Assembly: GCA_964401485.1 (NCBI GenBank)
Contig: CAYNYL010000001.1
Location: 2,103-63,017 of the forward strand
DNA length: 60,915 nucleotides
Origin: an uncultured Gammaproteobacteria bacterium
GTDB lineage: Bacteria > Patescibacteriota > Patescibacteriia > UBA9934
Reading direction: 5' to 3'
Each line of letters opens with the position of its first letter. The first letter of the stretch is position 1. The notes under the pieces are model-generated. The model did not search any database and was not told the DNA's origin. It worked only from the letters and a program-made list of their open reading frames with translations. Of the stretch, positions 8,210 through 18,030 are shown piece after piece. A program made the position numbers and the translations under genes.

Positions 8210-9724
8210 ATGTTCAGCATTCACTTGCAGGGCGACAAAGGCGCTACCAAGCTCGAGGCGAACGACCACCTCTACATCTTCATCAAAAATGACGAAATCA
8301 ACATCCTCGGAGGTGAACCTATCGCTACCTTTGACTACAAGGAGCCGGGCGTACTCACGTTCACACTCCTTGTGGAACACATTCGAGCAGAGATCCGTAG
8401 GACCGACGATGTTGTTGAATTCGCGGAACGGCTGGTGCCGATCGAATTTCGTTCCGGTGCCGACGTTACGATCAACAGGCAAACGATCGAGGTGCGCGAG
8501 GGCGTCATCCTGAACTTCGACGCCAACTCACTCGACAATTGCACCCTTCCGCCCACGGAACGCTTACGTGCACCGCAACACGGTGGAGCGCTTACCTACA
8601 GCGAACCGGATACGAACGAGCCCGAGCTCCCGGAGGAGCCCACCGTCCAAAAGGCCGTACAGCCCACTCTCGTACCGGCCGAACGGACCGTGGGACCGAT
8701 GGGAAGCGAGGAGGATATGCAACGTGACGCCCTTCCCTACGACGACGAAAAGCAGGCGATCAGAATCGCCGTAGAGTCCTTGCAAACGTCGGAAGGCGTC
8801 ATCGCGTACGAAGGGCTCCTCGAGATCGTGAGACTTCGGTTTCCTAAAATTGCAAATCGCCTTGGAGCCTATTACCTCAAAGCCTTCCGAAAGGAGCTGA
8901 TGCAGGAGAGCGCGAGGGCCTGGGAGATCATGAGTTACTTCTCGGGCGGAATGCGACAAGAGTTCGAAGCGCTACGAGCACAAGTCACAGAGAAGCTCGC
9001 TGAGATCGATGCAGTGCGCACTCTCTTCGACGAAGAGCGCACAACGACCAAAAAAGAGATCGATGAGCAGTGGGTCCTGTGGAAGAAGGCACGAGCACAG
9101 GTCATGCGAGACCACAAGAGAGCCGAGCGAGAGCAGAGGCTCTTGCCGCGCATCAATTTCGCGGTCCTACTCGTAGCGAGCGCCTCGCTCTGCCTCTTCC
9201 CTCGAGCGTGCGTGCAAGAACCCTCGTCGGACATTACGATCGAGGAGCTCGATTTGCGAATCGCACAGGAGATCGAGAAACGACTCGAGGCTCAACCGAA
9301 CGACTCAAGTCCGACGCCGGAGGTCGTGTTGGTCGTTCGGCAACCAGCCAAGAACGCCATCATCAACGGCGCAAATCCAGAAGTCATCGCGGACGATGGA
9401 GCGCTACCCGCTGAGCCAGAAGTCATTGAGGACCCAGAGATCGAACCCGACACAGGTATCGAACTTGCGGACATCGAACCCCTCGAAGAGGCGCACCCGA
9501 TTTCGCCAGCCTACCTGCAGATCAAGTGCGAATCGGACTCCTGCTCCTTCTGGGCCACGCAAAACGGTAGCATCTATGCCTACCGCGCGACCCCGGTACG
9601 AGAAGGCGCCTGCGAGATCGGCCCCTGCATCGTCGATCTCTCGGGCAAACTCGTTCCCGACACGTGTCTCGGACGCTCGACTAACGATTGTCCCGAAATC
9701 GAGATGATCGCGAAGATCCGATGA
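8210..9724 (+). CDS. Hypothetical single-pass membrane protein: cytoplasmic domains, coiled coil, acidic linker, Cys-rich C-terminal domain
   Basis: 504 aa; TM INFAVLLVASASLCLF; five C-terminal Cys; own promoter TTTACA-17-TAGTAT at 8115-8143. Confidence 0.75.
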   Translation: MFSIHLQGDKGATKLEANDHLYIFIKNDEINILGGEPIATFDYKEPGVLTFTLLVEHIRAEIRRTDDVVEFAERLVPIEFRSGADVTINRQTIEVREGVILNFDANSLDNCTLPPTERLRAPQHGGALTYSEPDTNEPELPEEPTVQKAVQPTLVPAERTVGPMGSEEDMQRDALPYDDEKQAIRIAVESLQTSEGVIAYEGLLEIVRLRFPKIANRLGAYYLKAFRKELMQESARAWEIMSYFSGGMRQEFEALRAQVTEKLAEIDAVRTLFDEERTTTKKEIDEQWVLWKKARAQVMRDHKRAEREQRLLPRINFAVLLVASASLCLFPRACVQEPSSDITIEELDLRIAQEIEKRLEAQPNDSSPTPEVVLVVRQPAKNAIINGANPEVIADDGALPAEPEVIEDPEIEPDTGIELADIEPLEEAHPISPAYLQIKCESDSCSFWATQNGSIYAYRATPVREGACEIGPCIVDLSGKLVPDTCLGRSTNDCPEIEMIAKIR

Positions 9725-9832
9725 CCCCCTGCCCCCGGCCAGCAACAGCTGTGTCCGGGGGCTCATTGCATCTAAAGCCCCCTTGCCAATTTTTTGCCCC
9801 CCTGTTAAGATATTCGCACGGAATTACCAATT

Positions 9833-9909
9833 GGGTCGGTAGTTCAACTGGTTAGAGCACCGCCCTGTCACGGCGGAAGTTGCGGGTTCGAGTCCCGTCC
9901 GACCCGCCA
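9833..9909 (+). tRNA. tRNA-Asp(GTC)
   Basis: Cloverleaf, anticodon loop CT-GTC-AC, encoded CCA; promoter TTGCCA-17-TAAGAT at 9783-9811. Confidence 0.97.
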
Positions 9910-9915
9910 CGACCA

Positions 9916-9940
9916 CATCACCCCAAAAGGGTGGTGTTTT
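9916..9940 (+). terminator. Terminator after tRNA-Asp
   Basis: CATCACCC-CAAAA-GGGTGGTG-TTTT. Confidence 0.7.
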
Positions 9941-9982
9941 CGTTTTAAACACTGTTCGTATAGACAAAAGAAAAAACCACGC

Positions 9983-10663
9983 TTATTGCGTGGCTTCTTC
10001 CGCTCCCCCCTCCTCGGCCCGATCGACAACAAGATCTGCTCGGCGCTTAAGTTCCGCGGGAAGCTCGTCGAGCGATCCTTCAAGGAGCTCATCATTAAAG
10101 AAAATCACCGGAATCTGCTCATTTGTCGCTCCAAGAACGTCGCGGAACGTTCGAATAATCGACATATCAAGAAGCGTATCGAAGGCGTAGAGGCGGACCT
10201 CTGGATATTCTTGCTGGAAGCTACTTAGGCGATGCCATGCCCGCAAACAATCCTCACATCCGTCATTTGCAAGAAACGCGACAACCGTTGGGATTTTATC
10301 CTCACACTTTTCATTAAAAGCTTTCGTAAGAAGGTAATCTCGAATTTGGAGGAGAGAGTGCTCCGCCTTAAGTTGCATGACCTCAATATCGTCCGAGCCC
10401 TTTTGCTCTTCGAGATAGGTAATTCGTACGCCAAGGGCGCCGAGCTCTTCCCCGAATGACTGTCGGCGGGAAAGATCACACTCCGCCCCCGCTCGTAGCT
10501 CGTCTTCAAGCTCATCGCTTGCAAGTTGCAGCGAAAGGCCGTTGCGAATCGAACCGATATCAACCGTTCGACGTTGCTCGAGCTCGTCGGAGACAACCAT
10601 CGCGGTGACAAACATCACCGCCGTAATTAAGAACGCTGTAATATATTTCGTTGCATGTTTCAT
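9983..10663 (-). CDS. Membrane-anchored protein with C-terminal thioredoxin-like CxxC domain
   Basis: Start moved to MKHATKY; N-terminal TM; GCEDC motif, then VRLYAFD and IPVIFFN resembling a Trx fold. Confidence 0.65.
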   Translation of the reverse strand: MKHATKYITAFLITAVMFVTAMVVSDELEQRRTVDIGSIRNGLSLQLASDELEDELRAGAECDLSRRQSFGEELGALGVRITYLEEQKGSDDIEVMQLKAEHSLLQIRDYLLTKAFNEKCEDKIPTVVAFLANDGCEDCLRAWHRLSSFQQEYPEVRLYAFDTLLDMSIIRTFRDVLGATNEQIPVIFFNDELLEGSLDELPAELKRRADLVVDRAEEGGAEEATQ

Positions 10664-10671
10664 AGATAAAG

Positions 10672-11904
10672 TTATCTCCACGGCACGTCTCGCGAAAACA
10701 CGACGTCGTAGATTGATTTTAACGCCCAAACCGCGGCGATGGCTGGATAGATCGCAAGAATCGCTATATCCCAACTAATAAATCGGCGGTTCACGGTTTT
10801 CCGTCCGATGTAGAGGAAGATTCCAACAATCGCGAGCATTGAAATCGTAATGAGAATCGGCGAGGCACGGTCGATATACATCCAGCCAACAGTAATATCA
10901 TCAAAACTAAACCCAAGGACACGATACTGAATTCCCGAAATCCAGGACGCGAGACGCACGATCGTATTTGGCGCGAGGTATAAAAACGAGACGATGGAAA
11001 AAATCGAGTATGGAAGCACGATCATTCCAAGATTACCGTACTTTGGCGAAAACAATAGTCGACGATAATCGATCATGTTGCGCAAAAACCCAGTAAGCCA
11101 ACGAACGCGCTGCTTCAAAAGCGCATTAAACGTCGCTGGACCAACCGTGTACACAAATGAATCGGACGAATAGCCGATGCGGTACCCAGCGGATTGAATC
11201 CGCAGAGCAATTTCGAGGTCCTCGGTATGGTGGGCGTAGCTATACCCTCCGAAACGGTCAAAAACCGATTTTCGAAAAAGCGAAAATGGACCTGGAGCAA
11301 TATAGAGCGCATCCATCGCCGAAATCGCGCTTCGCATCGCATTCCCGATCTCGTACTCCACTTTTTGGAGATACTGCAAGAACGAACGTGGTTGATCGAT
11401 TGTAAGCGTCGGAACAACGGCCATGATCGCATCCTCGTTAAAATGTTTGATACTATTTTTTAGCGCCTGTGAATCAACGCGCGAATCGGCGTCGAGACAC
11501 CCAACGAATTCGCTGTCGACGTGCTCGAGCGCAAAATTTAGAGCGTGGTACTTACTTCCCTGATTTGTTTTTTGAAGAAGAACAACATTTTCTTCGTTTT
11601 TAAATTCTTGAAGCGCTTTCCACGTTCCGTCGGTTGAACCATCGTCAACGACGACGATCTTTACCATCTTTTTGGGATAGTCGAGCGCGAGAAGTGATCG
11701 TATCGTTTTTTTCACCGTCTTCTCCTCGTTGTAGCAAGGAACGATGATCGAAACTGTCTTTGTCGTCAGAATTGGCTTCTTTTTCGCAGAACCATGGTTC
11801 TTTTCGAGATAGTCAAACAGGTAGATTAAAAGAAGCACCTGAATAAAAATCTGGAAGAACAGGAAGGTTTGATACACGATGTCGGAAGCGTCGCTAAGCT
11901 CCAT
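10672..11904 (-). CDS. Processive GT2 glycosyltransferase (PgaC/IcaA/cellulose synthase-like)
   Basis: IIVPCYNEE, VDDGSTD, LDADS, TEDLE, QRVRW; flanking TM helices. Confidence 0.92.
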   Translation of the reverse strand: MELSDASDIVYQTFLFFQIFIQVLLLIYLFDYLEKNHGSAKKKPILTTKTVSIIVPCYNEEKTVKKTIRSLLALDYPKKMVKIVVVDDGSTDGTWKALQEFKNEENVVLLQKTNQGSKYHALNFALEHVDSEFVGCLDADSRVDSQALKNSIKHFNEDAIMAVVPTLTIDQPRSFLQYLQKVEYEIGNAMRSAISAMDALYIAPGPFSLFRKSVFDRFGGYSYAHHTEDLEIALRIQSAGYRIGYSSDSFVYTVGPATFNALLKQRVRWLTGFLRNMIDYRRLLFSPKYGNLGMIVLPYSIFSIVSFLYLAPNTIVRLASWISGIQYRVLGFSFDDITVGWMYIDRASPILITISMLAIVGIFLYIGRKTVNRRFISWDIAILAIYPAIAAVWALKSIYDVVFSRDVPWR

Positions 11905-11905
11905 A

Positions 11906-13009
11906 CTAGTTTTCCCTTGCGATATCTTGATAGTCCGTAAGCACCTCTTCGTGCGCACGGATCATTGGTCCAATTCCTCGCGTAAAGTCGGGCGCTAATC
12001 CTTGCACAACGAATCGATCTTGAAATAAGTTAATATGAAACGCTTCATCATCTTCAAATGGACGAAGATCCCCCGTCTCCGATACGTAGTATCGTATACC
12101 CTCCTTTTCTATCACACTTCCGGTCGTATGCATACCACAATTACACACCGGGCTACTCTCAACGAATGAGAAGAAGAGGGTCGGATCAACGTCTATAATG
12201 CGTCGATTCCAGTTTTCGCCATAAAGCAGTTTCGCCGTCGCCTCGCTCGGTACAAAGCGTAAAATTCCCCCCGGTTCGACCGCATAGACGGACGGAGTCG
12301 AGGCGATCTTCACAAGCCAAGTTCCAGGACGCACGCGAACCGATGGACCGAGATCAATTTCTGCAAGCACCGAATCATCCACCGTTTTTACCGATTCAAA
12401 ATCGCTAAACCAGCTGAAATAGATTGTTTCATTTGGAAATGGATGACGCTCCCCCGCTCCCCCGATAAAGTACACGGCAGGAAGCGACTTTGAGCGCACA
12501 AGATCCCCAATCGCGATACCGTTTGGAAGCGATTGATCAATCGTATCACGATCCGGGAAGAACGCAGCGACCGGATCATATTCCTGGATATCTTTTACGA
12601 GGAGTACGCTTGAGGACGGTGACGCACTGACGGAAAACGGTTCGGAAAGGGCTCGACCGCGAACGCGCCCATCCCCATTTCGTGCATCAATTCGAATACG
12701 AAGGCCTTCCGCATCAATATTTGGAACCGTCCATTCATAGGTACCGTTCACAGGGAGCGCCGTCTCGAGCAGGTTAAAACTGAGTCCGTCGTCAAACGAA
12801 ACATAGACATCCACATTCGTTGCAGGACCCTGAACATTCCAACGTACCGTCTCCGTTTCCGTTCCAACAACCGCGACCGGGAACTCGACCGAAACACTCA
12901 AATACCCAAATCGTGCACTCACAAAGTAGGCACAGACGGAAACCGTAAACGCAATAAACAGTGCCGATAACACGACTCGGATTGACGATGGACGGTAAGA
13001 GAACTCCAT
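11906..13009 (-). CDS. CPR-type secreted surface protein (Ig-like domain plus repeated surface module)
   Basis: N-terminal TM or signal; GDLVRSKSLPAVYFI...RHPFPNETIYFSWF and RPGTWLVKI...VYAVEPGG modules. Confidence 0.75.
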   Translation of the reverse strand: MEFSYRPSSIRVVLSALFIAFTVSVCAYFVSARFGYLSVSVEFPVAVVGTETETVRWNVQGPATNVDVYVSFDDGLSFNLLETALPVNGTYEWTVPNIDAEGLRIRIDARNGDGRVRGRALSEPFSVSASPSSSVLLVKDIQEYDPVAAFFPDRDTIDQSLPNGIAIGDLVRSKSLPAVYFIGGAGERHPFPNETIYFSWFSDFESVKTVDDSVLAEIDLGPSVRVRPGTWLVKIASTPSVYAVEPGGILRFVPSEATAKLLYGENWNRRIIDVDPTLFFSFVESSPVCNCGMHTTGSVIEKEGIRYYVSETGDLRPFEDDEAFHINLFQDRFVVQGLAPDFTRGIGPMIRAHEEVLTDYQDIAREN

Positions 13010-13054
13010 GTCACAAAGTATACCTCGAGATCGAGTGTGCTACAATTTATCTGT

Positions 13055-13372
13055 ATGGAAGAAAAACCACGCGGAACAAATTCAAAACTACTTCTTCAAG
13101 AAATTCGCGCGCTTCAAGATTCGATCGACGAACTTACCGATGCGGTTTCTCGAATGAAAACACCTCGACTTGGTCGAGGGATTGTTGGAATGCTCGTTCA
13201 GAGCATGATCCAGGGACTTGGATTTGTCATTGGCACCACCGTTCTCTTTGCCATTATTATTTTCGCGCTTCGACAAGCCGTTACGAGCCCACCATTCCAA
13301 AAATGGCTCAATAGCCAAATCGAGTCCGCCATCGATCGCTCACTCAACTCACTCCTTTCTAACGGACGATAA
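13055..13372 (+). CDS. DUF5665-like small membrane protein
   Basis: GMLVQSMIQGLGFVIGTT; ATG 8 nt after a TGC-TACAAT box. Confidence 0.7.
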   Translation: MEEKPRGTNSKLLLQEIRALQDSIDELTDAVSRMKTPRLGRGIVGMLVQSMIQGLGFVIGTTVLFAIIIFALRQAVTSPPFQKWLNSQIESAIDRSLNSLLSNGR

Positions 13373-14768
13373 GTTCAAGCGATCCCCGCTTACCCGTTAC
13401 GAGGTAGGCGGTTTTTTTCGTACCGCGAAGGATTTTCCTTGTGCGAAGGGCATGATCCATTTGATAGACGAAGGTCTCATTCTCAACCGAAACAGAAACC
13501 GGGAACACATTCGAGTAGAGGTGCCAACGTGTAGTGAGCTCGGAAGGCGGGGTCGCGACGTAAATCGGGATCCGTAAACGCGCATAACGCAAAACAGCCA
13601 TCGCCTGTTCATCCTCAGCGAGAATGGCGACAAGATCAATCGCCCCGAGATCTTCGAGTTGCACAAGCGTTGAAGCAAGGACCGCCTGAATCGAGAGGCC
13701 AACATGCGCGTGGTGCTCAAGTGGACGATAGAGTTGCGGGTTTTTCTCCGCCTCCTCGATAATGACTCGAAGCGTCGCCACCGATTCGATCGGATACTCG
13801 CCGACCGCCGATTCCGAGGAGAGCATAACGCCGTCCGCATGATCAAATACCGCATTTGCCGTATCGGTAATCTCGGCACGGGTCGCACGCGGGTGGAGAG
13901 TCATCGAATGGAGCATTTGGGTAGCGACGATCACCGGCACTCCGAAGCGGCGTGCCTCATCGATAATTTCTTTTTGGAGAACCGGGAGCTCTTCAAACGG
14001 CATTTCAATCGCGAGATCACCGCGCGCTACAATCGCACCATCTGCGACCGCCAAAATCTCTTCAAGTCGCTCAATCGCCTGTCGACGTTCGATTTTCACA
14101 ATGAGTTGCGGAACGGGACGCGAAAGCACGCGACATTTTTTCGCAATAAGCGCGCGGACACGCTCAACCGTAATCGGATCGGTGACAAAAGAGAGCGCCA
14201 CGAGATCGACCCCTTGCTCGAGTCCGAATAGAAGATTTTGTTCATCCTGCTCCGTGAATGAAGGAATCGAAATAATGGAGTCCGGAACATTCATTCCCTT
14301 GTGCGAACTCACCATCCCCCCATTTACAATCCGAATGACAATTTCGTTTTTTACAATGCGGATCACTCGTGCCTCAATGACCCCATCGTCCAAAAATACG
14401 CGATGATCTTTTTTTACATCTTGTGCAAGCGTTGGAACATCGATCGGAAGTCGGTTATCCCCTTCGTATGTATCGATCGCACCCGATAATCGCCACTCCT
14501 CCCCCTTTTTCAACTCAAGCCCATCCTTTGGAAGAATCCCAAGTCGAAGTTTCGGACCCTGTAGGTCTTGGAGGATGGCAACCTCTTTTCCCGCTTTCTT
14601 CTGTGCCTTTCGAATCGCGCGAATATATCCCGCATGATCATCGTGCGTTCCGTGCGAGAAATTCAATCGCGCAACCGACATGCCGGCGTGAATCATTCTT
14701 GCAATAGTAACCACGTCTTTTGACGCTGGTCCGATTGTCGCAACGATTGTGGTACGAATTCCCTCCAT
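13359..14768 (-). CDS. pyk: Pyruvate kinase
   Basis: TIVATIGPAS, ARLNFSHG, DLQGPKLR, VKIE, ARGDL, ATQMLHSM, DGVMLSSESAVGEYP. Confidence 0.97.
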   Translation of the reverse strand: MEGIRTTIVATIGPASKDVVTIARMIHAGMSVARLNFSHGTHDDHAGYIRAIRKAQKKAGKEVAILQDLQGPKLRLGILPKDGLELKKGEEWRLSGAIDTYEGDNRLPIDVPTLAQDVKKDHRVFLDDGVIEARVIRIVKNEIVIRIVNGGMVSSHKGMNVPDSIISIPSFTEQDEQNLLFGLEQGVDLVALSFVTDPITVERVRALIAKKCRVLSRPVPQLIVKIERRQAIERLEEILAVADGAIVARGDLAIEMPFEELPVLQKEIIDEARRFGVPVIVATQMLHSMTLHPRATRAEITDTANAVFDHADGVMLSSESAVGEYPIESVATLRVIIEEAEKNPQLYRPLEHHAHVGLSIQAVLASTLVQLEDLGAIDLVAILAEDEQAMAVLRYARLRIPIYVATPPSELTTRWHLYSNVFPVSVSVENETFVYQMDHALRTRKILRGTKKTAYLVTGKRGSLELIVR

Positions 14769-14790
14769 ACGTTACGTACAGTGTACCACA

Positions 14791-15273
14791 CTACCGGGCC
14801 TTTCGTTTCTTTCGTTGGGTGCGTGCGAGGCGTTCAAGTTCATCCTGGAAGTGTTCAATATCTTCAAACGCGTGGTAGACCGAAGCAAAGCGAATATACG
14901 CAATTTTATCAAAATGCTGGAGATGCTTCATTACGAAATCCCCGAGCTCCTTGCTCGTAATCTCCCCCGTTCGCTTCTTTTGAATATCGCGCTCAATCCC
15001 CTGCACAAGCGATTGGAATGCATTTTCCGTATAGGACCGTTTTTCAAGCGCGTTTTTAAGTCCACGCAACAGTTTTTCTCGGGCGTAAGGCTCTCGTGTT
15101 CCATCGCGCTTCTTCACGGACACGTCGAGCAATTCGATTTGTTCAATTGTTGAAAACCGAAATCCGCACTTCTTTTTTTCACATTCGCGACGACGCCGAA
15201 TTTGCGACGCTTCGCTTGCGGGACGTGAATCAACGACCCGCGTGTCTTTATTTCCGCACACGGGGCATCGCAT
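14791..15273 (-). CDS. nrdR: Transcriptional repressor NrdR
   Basis: MRCPVCG, VVDSR, IRRRREC, RFST.E, ATP cone, AYIRFASVY. Confidence 0.97.
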   Translation of the reverse strand: MRCPVCGNKDTRVVDSRPASEASQIRRRRECEKKKCGFRFSTIEQIELLDVSVKKRDGTREPYAREKLLRGLKNALEKRSYTENAFQSLVQGIERDIQKKRTGEITSKELGDFVMKHLQHFDKIAYIRFASVYHAFEDIEHFQDELERLARTQRKKRKAR

Positions 15274-15274
15274 A

Positions 15275-16579
15275 CTACATCATCTTACGTCGAATAAACG
15301 CTGGAATTCCGAGATCTTCTTCTTCCGCTTCTTTCTCTTCACGCGTATCAATCCGTTGCGTGTCAAAACGCGTTCCACGATCCACCGGTTGAGGCGTTTG
15401 TTGTTGGACCGGCTGTTGCATTGATTGCTGTACCGGTGGTTGATAGGTTTGAACGGGCTGCGGCTCGCGCATTGGCGGCTCCGGAGCGAGTCGACGCTTT
15501 TCAAACGGTGATACAGGCTCGCGCATCTCGCGCCGCCCTCCGACAGGTTCCGCGTAGTTCGGGCGCCAACTTGCAACCGGCGCTATGTCCATATCCCCCG
15601 CAAGTCCCGGACTTAACCGGCGATCGCGATTATCAAATCCCGTCGCAACAACCGTAATACGCACCTCATCTTTTAATGATTCATCAATTTGCGCTCCAAA
15701 GATCACCTTCGCATCATCGTCCGCTGATCCCGTGATAATCTTCGCCGCTTCCGCAACCTCGTACATCGCGAGGTCCGTTCCTCCGGTAACTGTAAAGAGA
15801 ATTCCTTTCGCCCCATCAATCGAGAGCTCAAGAAGCGGAGAGGCGATCGCCATTTTTGCTGCCTCAACCGCGCGGTTTTCCCCACTTGCCTTCCCGATTC
15901 CCATAAGCGCCGATCCCGCATTTTGCATAATCGCTTTCACGTCGGCAAAGTCAACGTTAATAAGTCCAGGGAGCGTAATGATTTCCGAAATCCCCTGCAC
16001 GCCCTGTCGGAGTACATCGTCGACAATCTGAAATGCCTCAAGAAGCGAAGTTTTCTTGTCGATAATTTGAAGCACGCGATCGTTCGGGATCGTAATAATC
16101 GTATCAACCTGTGCAGCGAGCTCTTGGTAAGCGTCGTCCGCAATGCGCTTTCGTTGCGCCCCTTCAAAGCTAAACGGCTTCGTTACGACGGCAACCGTAA
16201 GTGCTCCGATTTCTCGAGCAATTTTTGCAACCTCTGGAAGCGCTCCGCTTCCCGTTCCTCCGCCAAGTCCACCCGTTAAAAAAACCATGTCCGAACCCGC
16301 AAGTGCGTTACGAATATCGTTCGCATTTTCCTCCGCCGCGCGACGCCCAAGATCCGGATTCATTCCCGCCCCGAGTCCACGCGTGACCGTTTTTCCGATA
16401 CTAATTTTTGTTGATGATTGATTCTCTTGAAGTGCTTGTACGTCCGTATTCACCGCAATGAAATCGACTCCGCGCAACTTTTCTTGAATCATCCGGTTGA
16501 GCGCAGATCCTCCACCTCCGCCAACTCCAAGGACCTTTATCTTTGCAAAGGTTTCGATTTCCGGTTTCACTTGTCCCAT
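15275..16579 (-). CDS. ftsZ: Cell division protein FtsZ
   Basis: GVGGGG, GGGTGSG, NVDFADV, C-terminal IPAFIRRK; Q/P-rich linker. Confidence 0.99.
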   Translation of the reverse strand: MGQVKPEIETFAKIKVLGVGGGGGSALNRMIQEKLRGVDFIAVNTDVQALQENQSSTKISIGKTVTRGLGAGMNPDLGRRAAEENANDIRNALAGSDMVFLTGGLGGGTGSGALPEVAKIAREIGALTVAVVTKPFSFEGAQRKRIADDAYQELAAQVDTIITIPNDRVLQIIDKKTSLLEAFQIVDDVLRQGVQGISEIITLPGLINVDFADVKAIMQNAGSALMGIGKASGENRAVEAAKMAIASPLLELSIDGAKGILFTVTGGTDLAMYEVAEAAKIITGSADDDAKVIFGAQIDESLKDEVRITVVATGFDNRDRRLSPGLAGDMDIAPVASWRPNYAEPVGGRREMREPVSPFEKRRLAPEPPMREPQPVQTYQPPVQQSMQQPVQQQTPQPVDRGTRFDTQRIDTREEKEAEEEDLGIPAFIRRKMM

Positions 16580-16746
16580 AGGAGAATATTACGAGCGATG
16601 AACACAATTTGTATTCGTTATCGCTTTTGCTAGCCAAAATTTGTATTCGAATCTTAACACACCCTATTGAAAGTACAACGATCCATTGCGTGGATTGTGA
16701 ATAACAAAAATGACCCCAACGGGTCATTTATAATTCTTTGCTAGCC

Positions 16747-17994
16747 TTAGGGAATAATGCGCTGGATCAGCTTTTTTGCGAGCGTCTTTAGTTGTGCAAA
16801 TCCTTTGAAATTAAAGCTGAAACGAGAGGTGCTTGCGGAACGAATCGTGTGGCCCCAGACAATCAACCCGACAGCCGTCGAGAACGCGGTATCTCGCACC
16901 TCGTCGACCGCACTCGTTACTCCTAGCGGAGCGCCAACAACCGCAGGAAGACGCAAAATCTTTTTCGCGACCTCGGTAAGACCAGGAAGCTTCATCCCTC
17001 CCCCGGTAAGCACAATTCCAACCGGCAACATTCCCGAGCGATCAATTTTTTGAAGTTCATCATCAATCGCCTCAAACAACTCCTCCGCGCGCGCTTCAAG
17101 AATTTCCGAAATAAACCGCGTCTTCACAATCTCTTGCTCGGTCGATCCATAGTCCGAAAGAAGGAACTCGTTTTTCTTATGGACCGAGTCTGGGAGCACC
17201 GTTCCAACCGATCGCTTAATCGCCTCGGCAACCTCAAGACTTGTTCGAAGACCAATCGCGATGTCATTTGTAAAATGATCCCCTCCAAACGGAAGGACGG
17301 CAGTATGGAGAATGTCTCCCTCCTCGAAAACAACGAGCGTTGACGTCGCCGCACCAACGTCCACAAGGCAAACCCCGAGCTCTTTTTGTCGTTGCGTAAG
17401 AACAGCTTCAGCGACCGCAAGCGGAGAAAATACAAGATCCTCGATATCAAGCCCCGTTCGGTGAACACTTTTTGTCATGTTCTTAATTTGCGAGGTAAGA
17501 GTTTGGATGATCACCGCGTCAACTTCAAGCCGAATTCCATTCATTCCCACCGGATCTTTAATCCCCTGCTGTCCATCTACACTAAAACTTTTCGGGATGA
17601 CATGAAGAATTTCATAATTCGACGGCGTTGCAACTGTTCGCGCAGCATCAATCGCCCGTGCAACATCATCCTCGTTAATTTCTCCATCCGGCTTTGAAAC
17701 ACCAACCACCCCACGACTTTCTTGAACAAGAATATGCTGGCCAGCAATCGAAACCCAAGCGCGGTTAAGCGCCGTACCCGTCATCCGTTCTGCCCTCTCA
17801 AGGGCCTTTGAAATAGACGAAACAACATCCTCCATGCTCGAAATCGTTCCCTTGTGAACCCCTACCGAAGGCACTTCGATAGCTCCTGTAACATGGAGCA
17901 TCGTTCCCCCGTCTTCACTTGGCATATTTTGTCCTACAACAACACGAATCGTCGAGGAACCGATATCAAGTCCTGTAATTAAAGCGTCCGCCAT
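16747..17994 (-). CDS. ftsA: Cell division protein FtsA
   Basis: GLDIGSS, LVDVGA, PFGGDHFTNDIA, VLTGGG, FSTAVGL. Confidence 0.97.
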   Translation of the reverse strand: MADALITGLDIGSSTIRVVVGQNMPSEDGGTMLHVTGAIEVPSVGVHKGTISSMEDVVSSISKALERAERMTGTALNRAWVSIAGQHILVQESRGVVGVSKPDGEINEDDVARAIDAARTVATPSNYEILHVIPKSFSVDGQQGIKDPVGMNGIRLEVDAVIIQTLTSQIKNMTKSVHRTGLDIEDLVFSPLAVAEAVLTQRQKELGVCLVDVGAATSTLVVFEEGDILHTAVLPFGGDHFTNDIAIGLRTSLEVAEAIKRSVGTVLPDSVHKKNEFLLSDYGSTEQEIVKTRFISEILEARAEELFEAIDDELQKIDRSGMLPVGIVLTGGGMKLPGLTEVAKKILRLPAVVGAPLGVTSAVDEVRDTAFSTAVGLIVWGHTIRSASTSRFSFNFKGFAQLKTLAKKLIQRIIP

Positions 17995-18030
17995 ACTGGT
18001 TACCGTCTATTATAGCAGAAAATGAAAAAT

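Noticed and set aside
13359-13372. Convergent overlap of the DUF5665-like gene and pyk
   Set aside because: A short 3' overlap is ordinary in compact genomes.
14769-14790. NrdR box near nrdR
   Set aside because: No match to the acaC(t/a)AtATaT(t/a)Gtgt consensus, and no nrd genes in the window.
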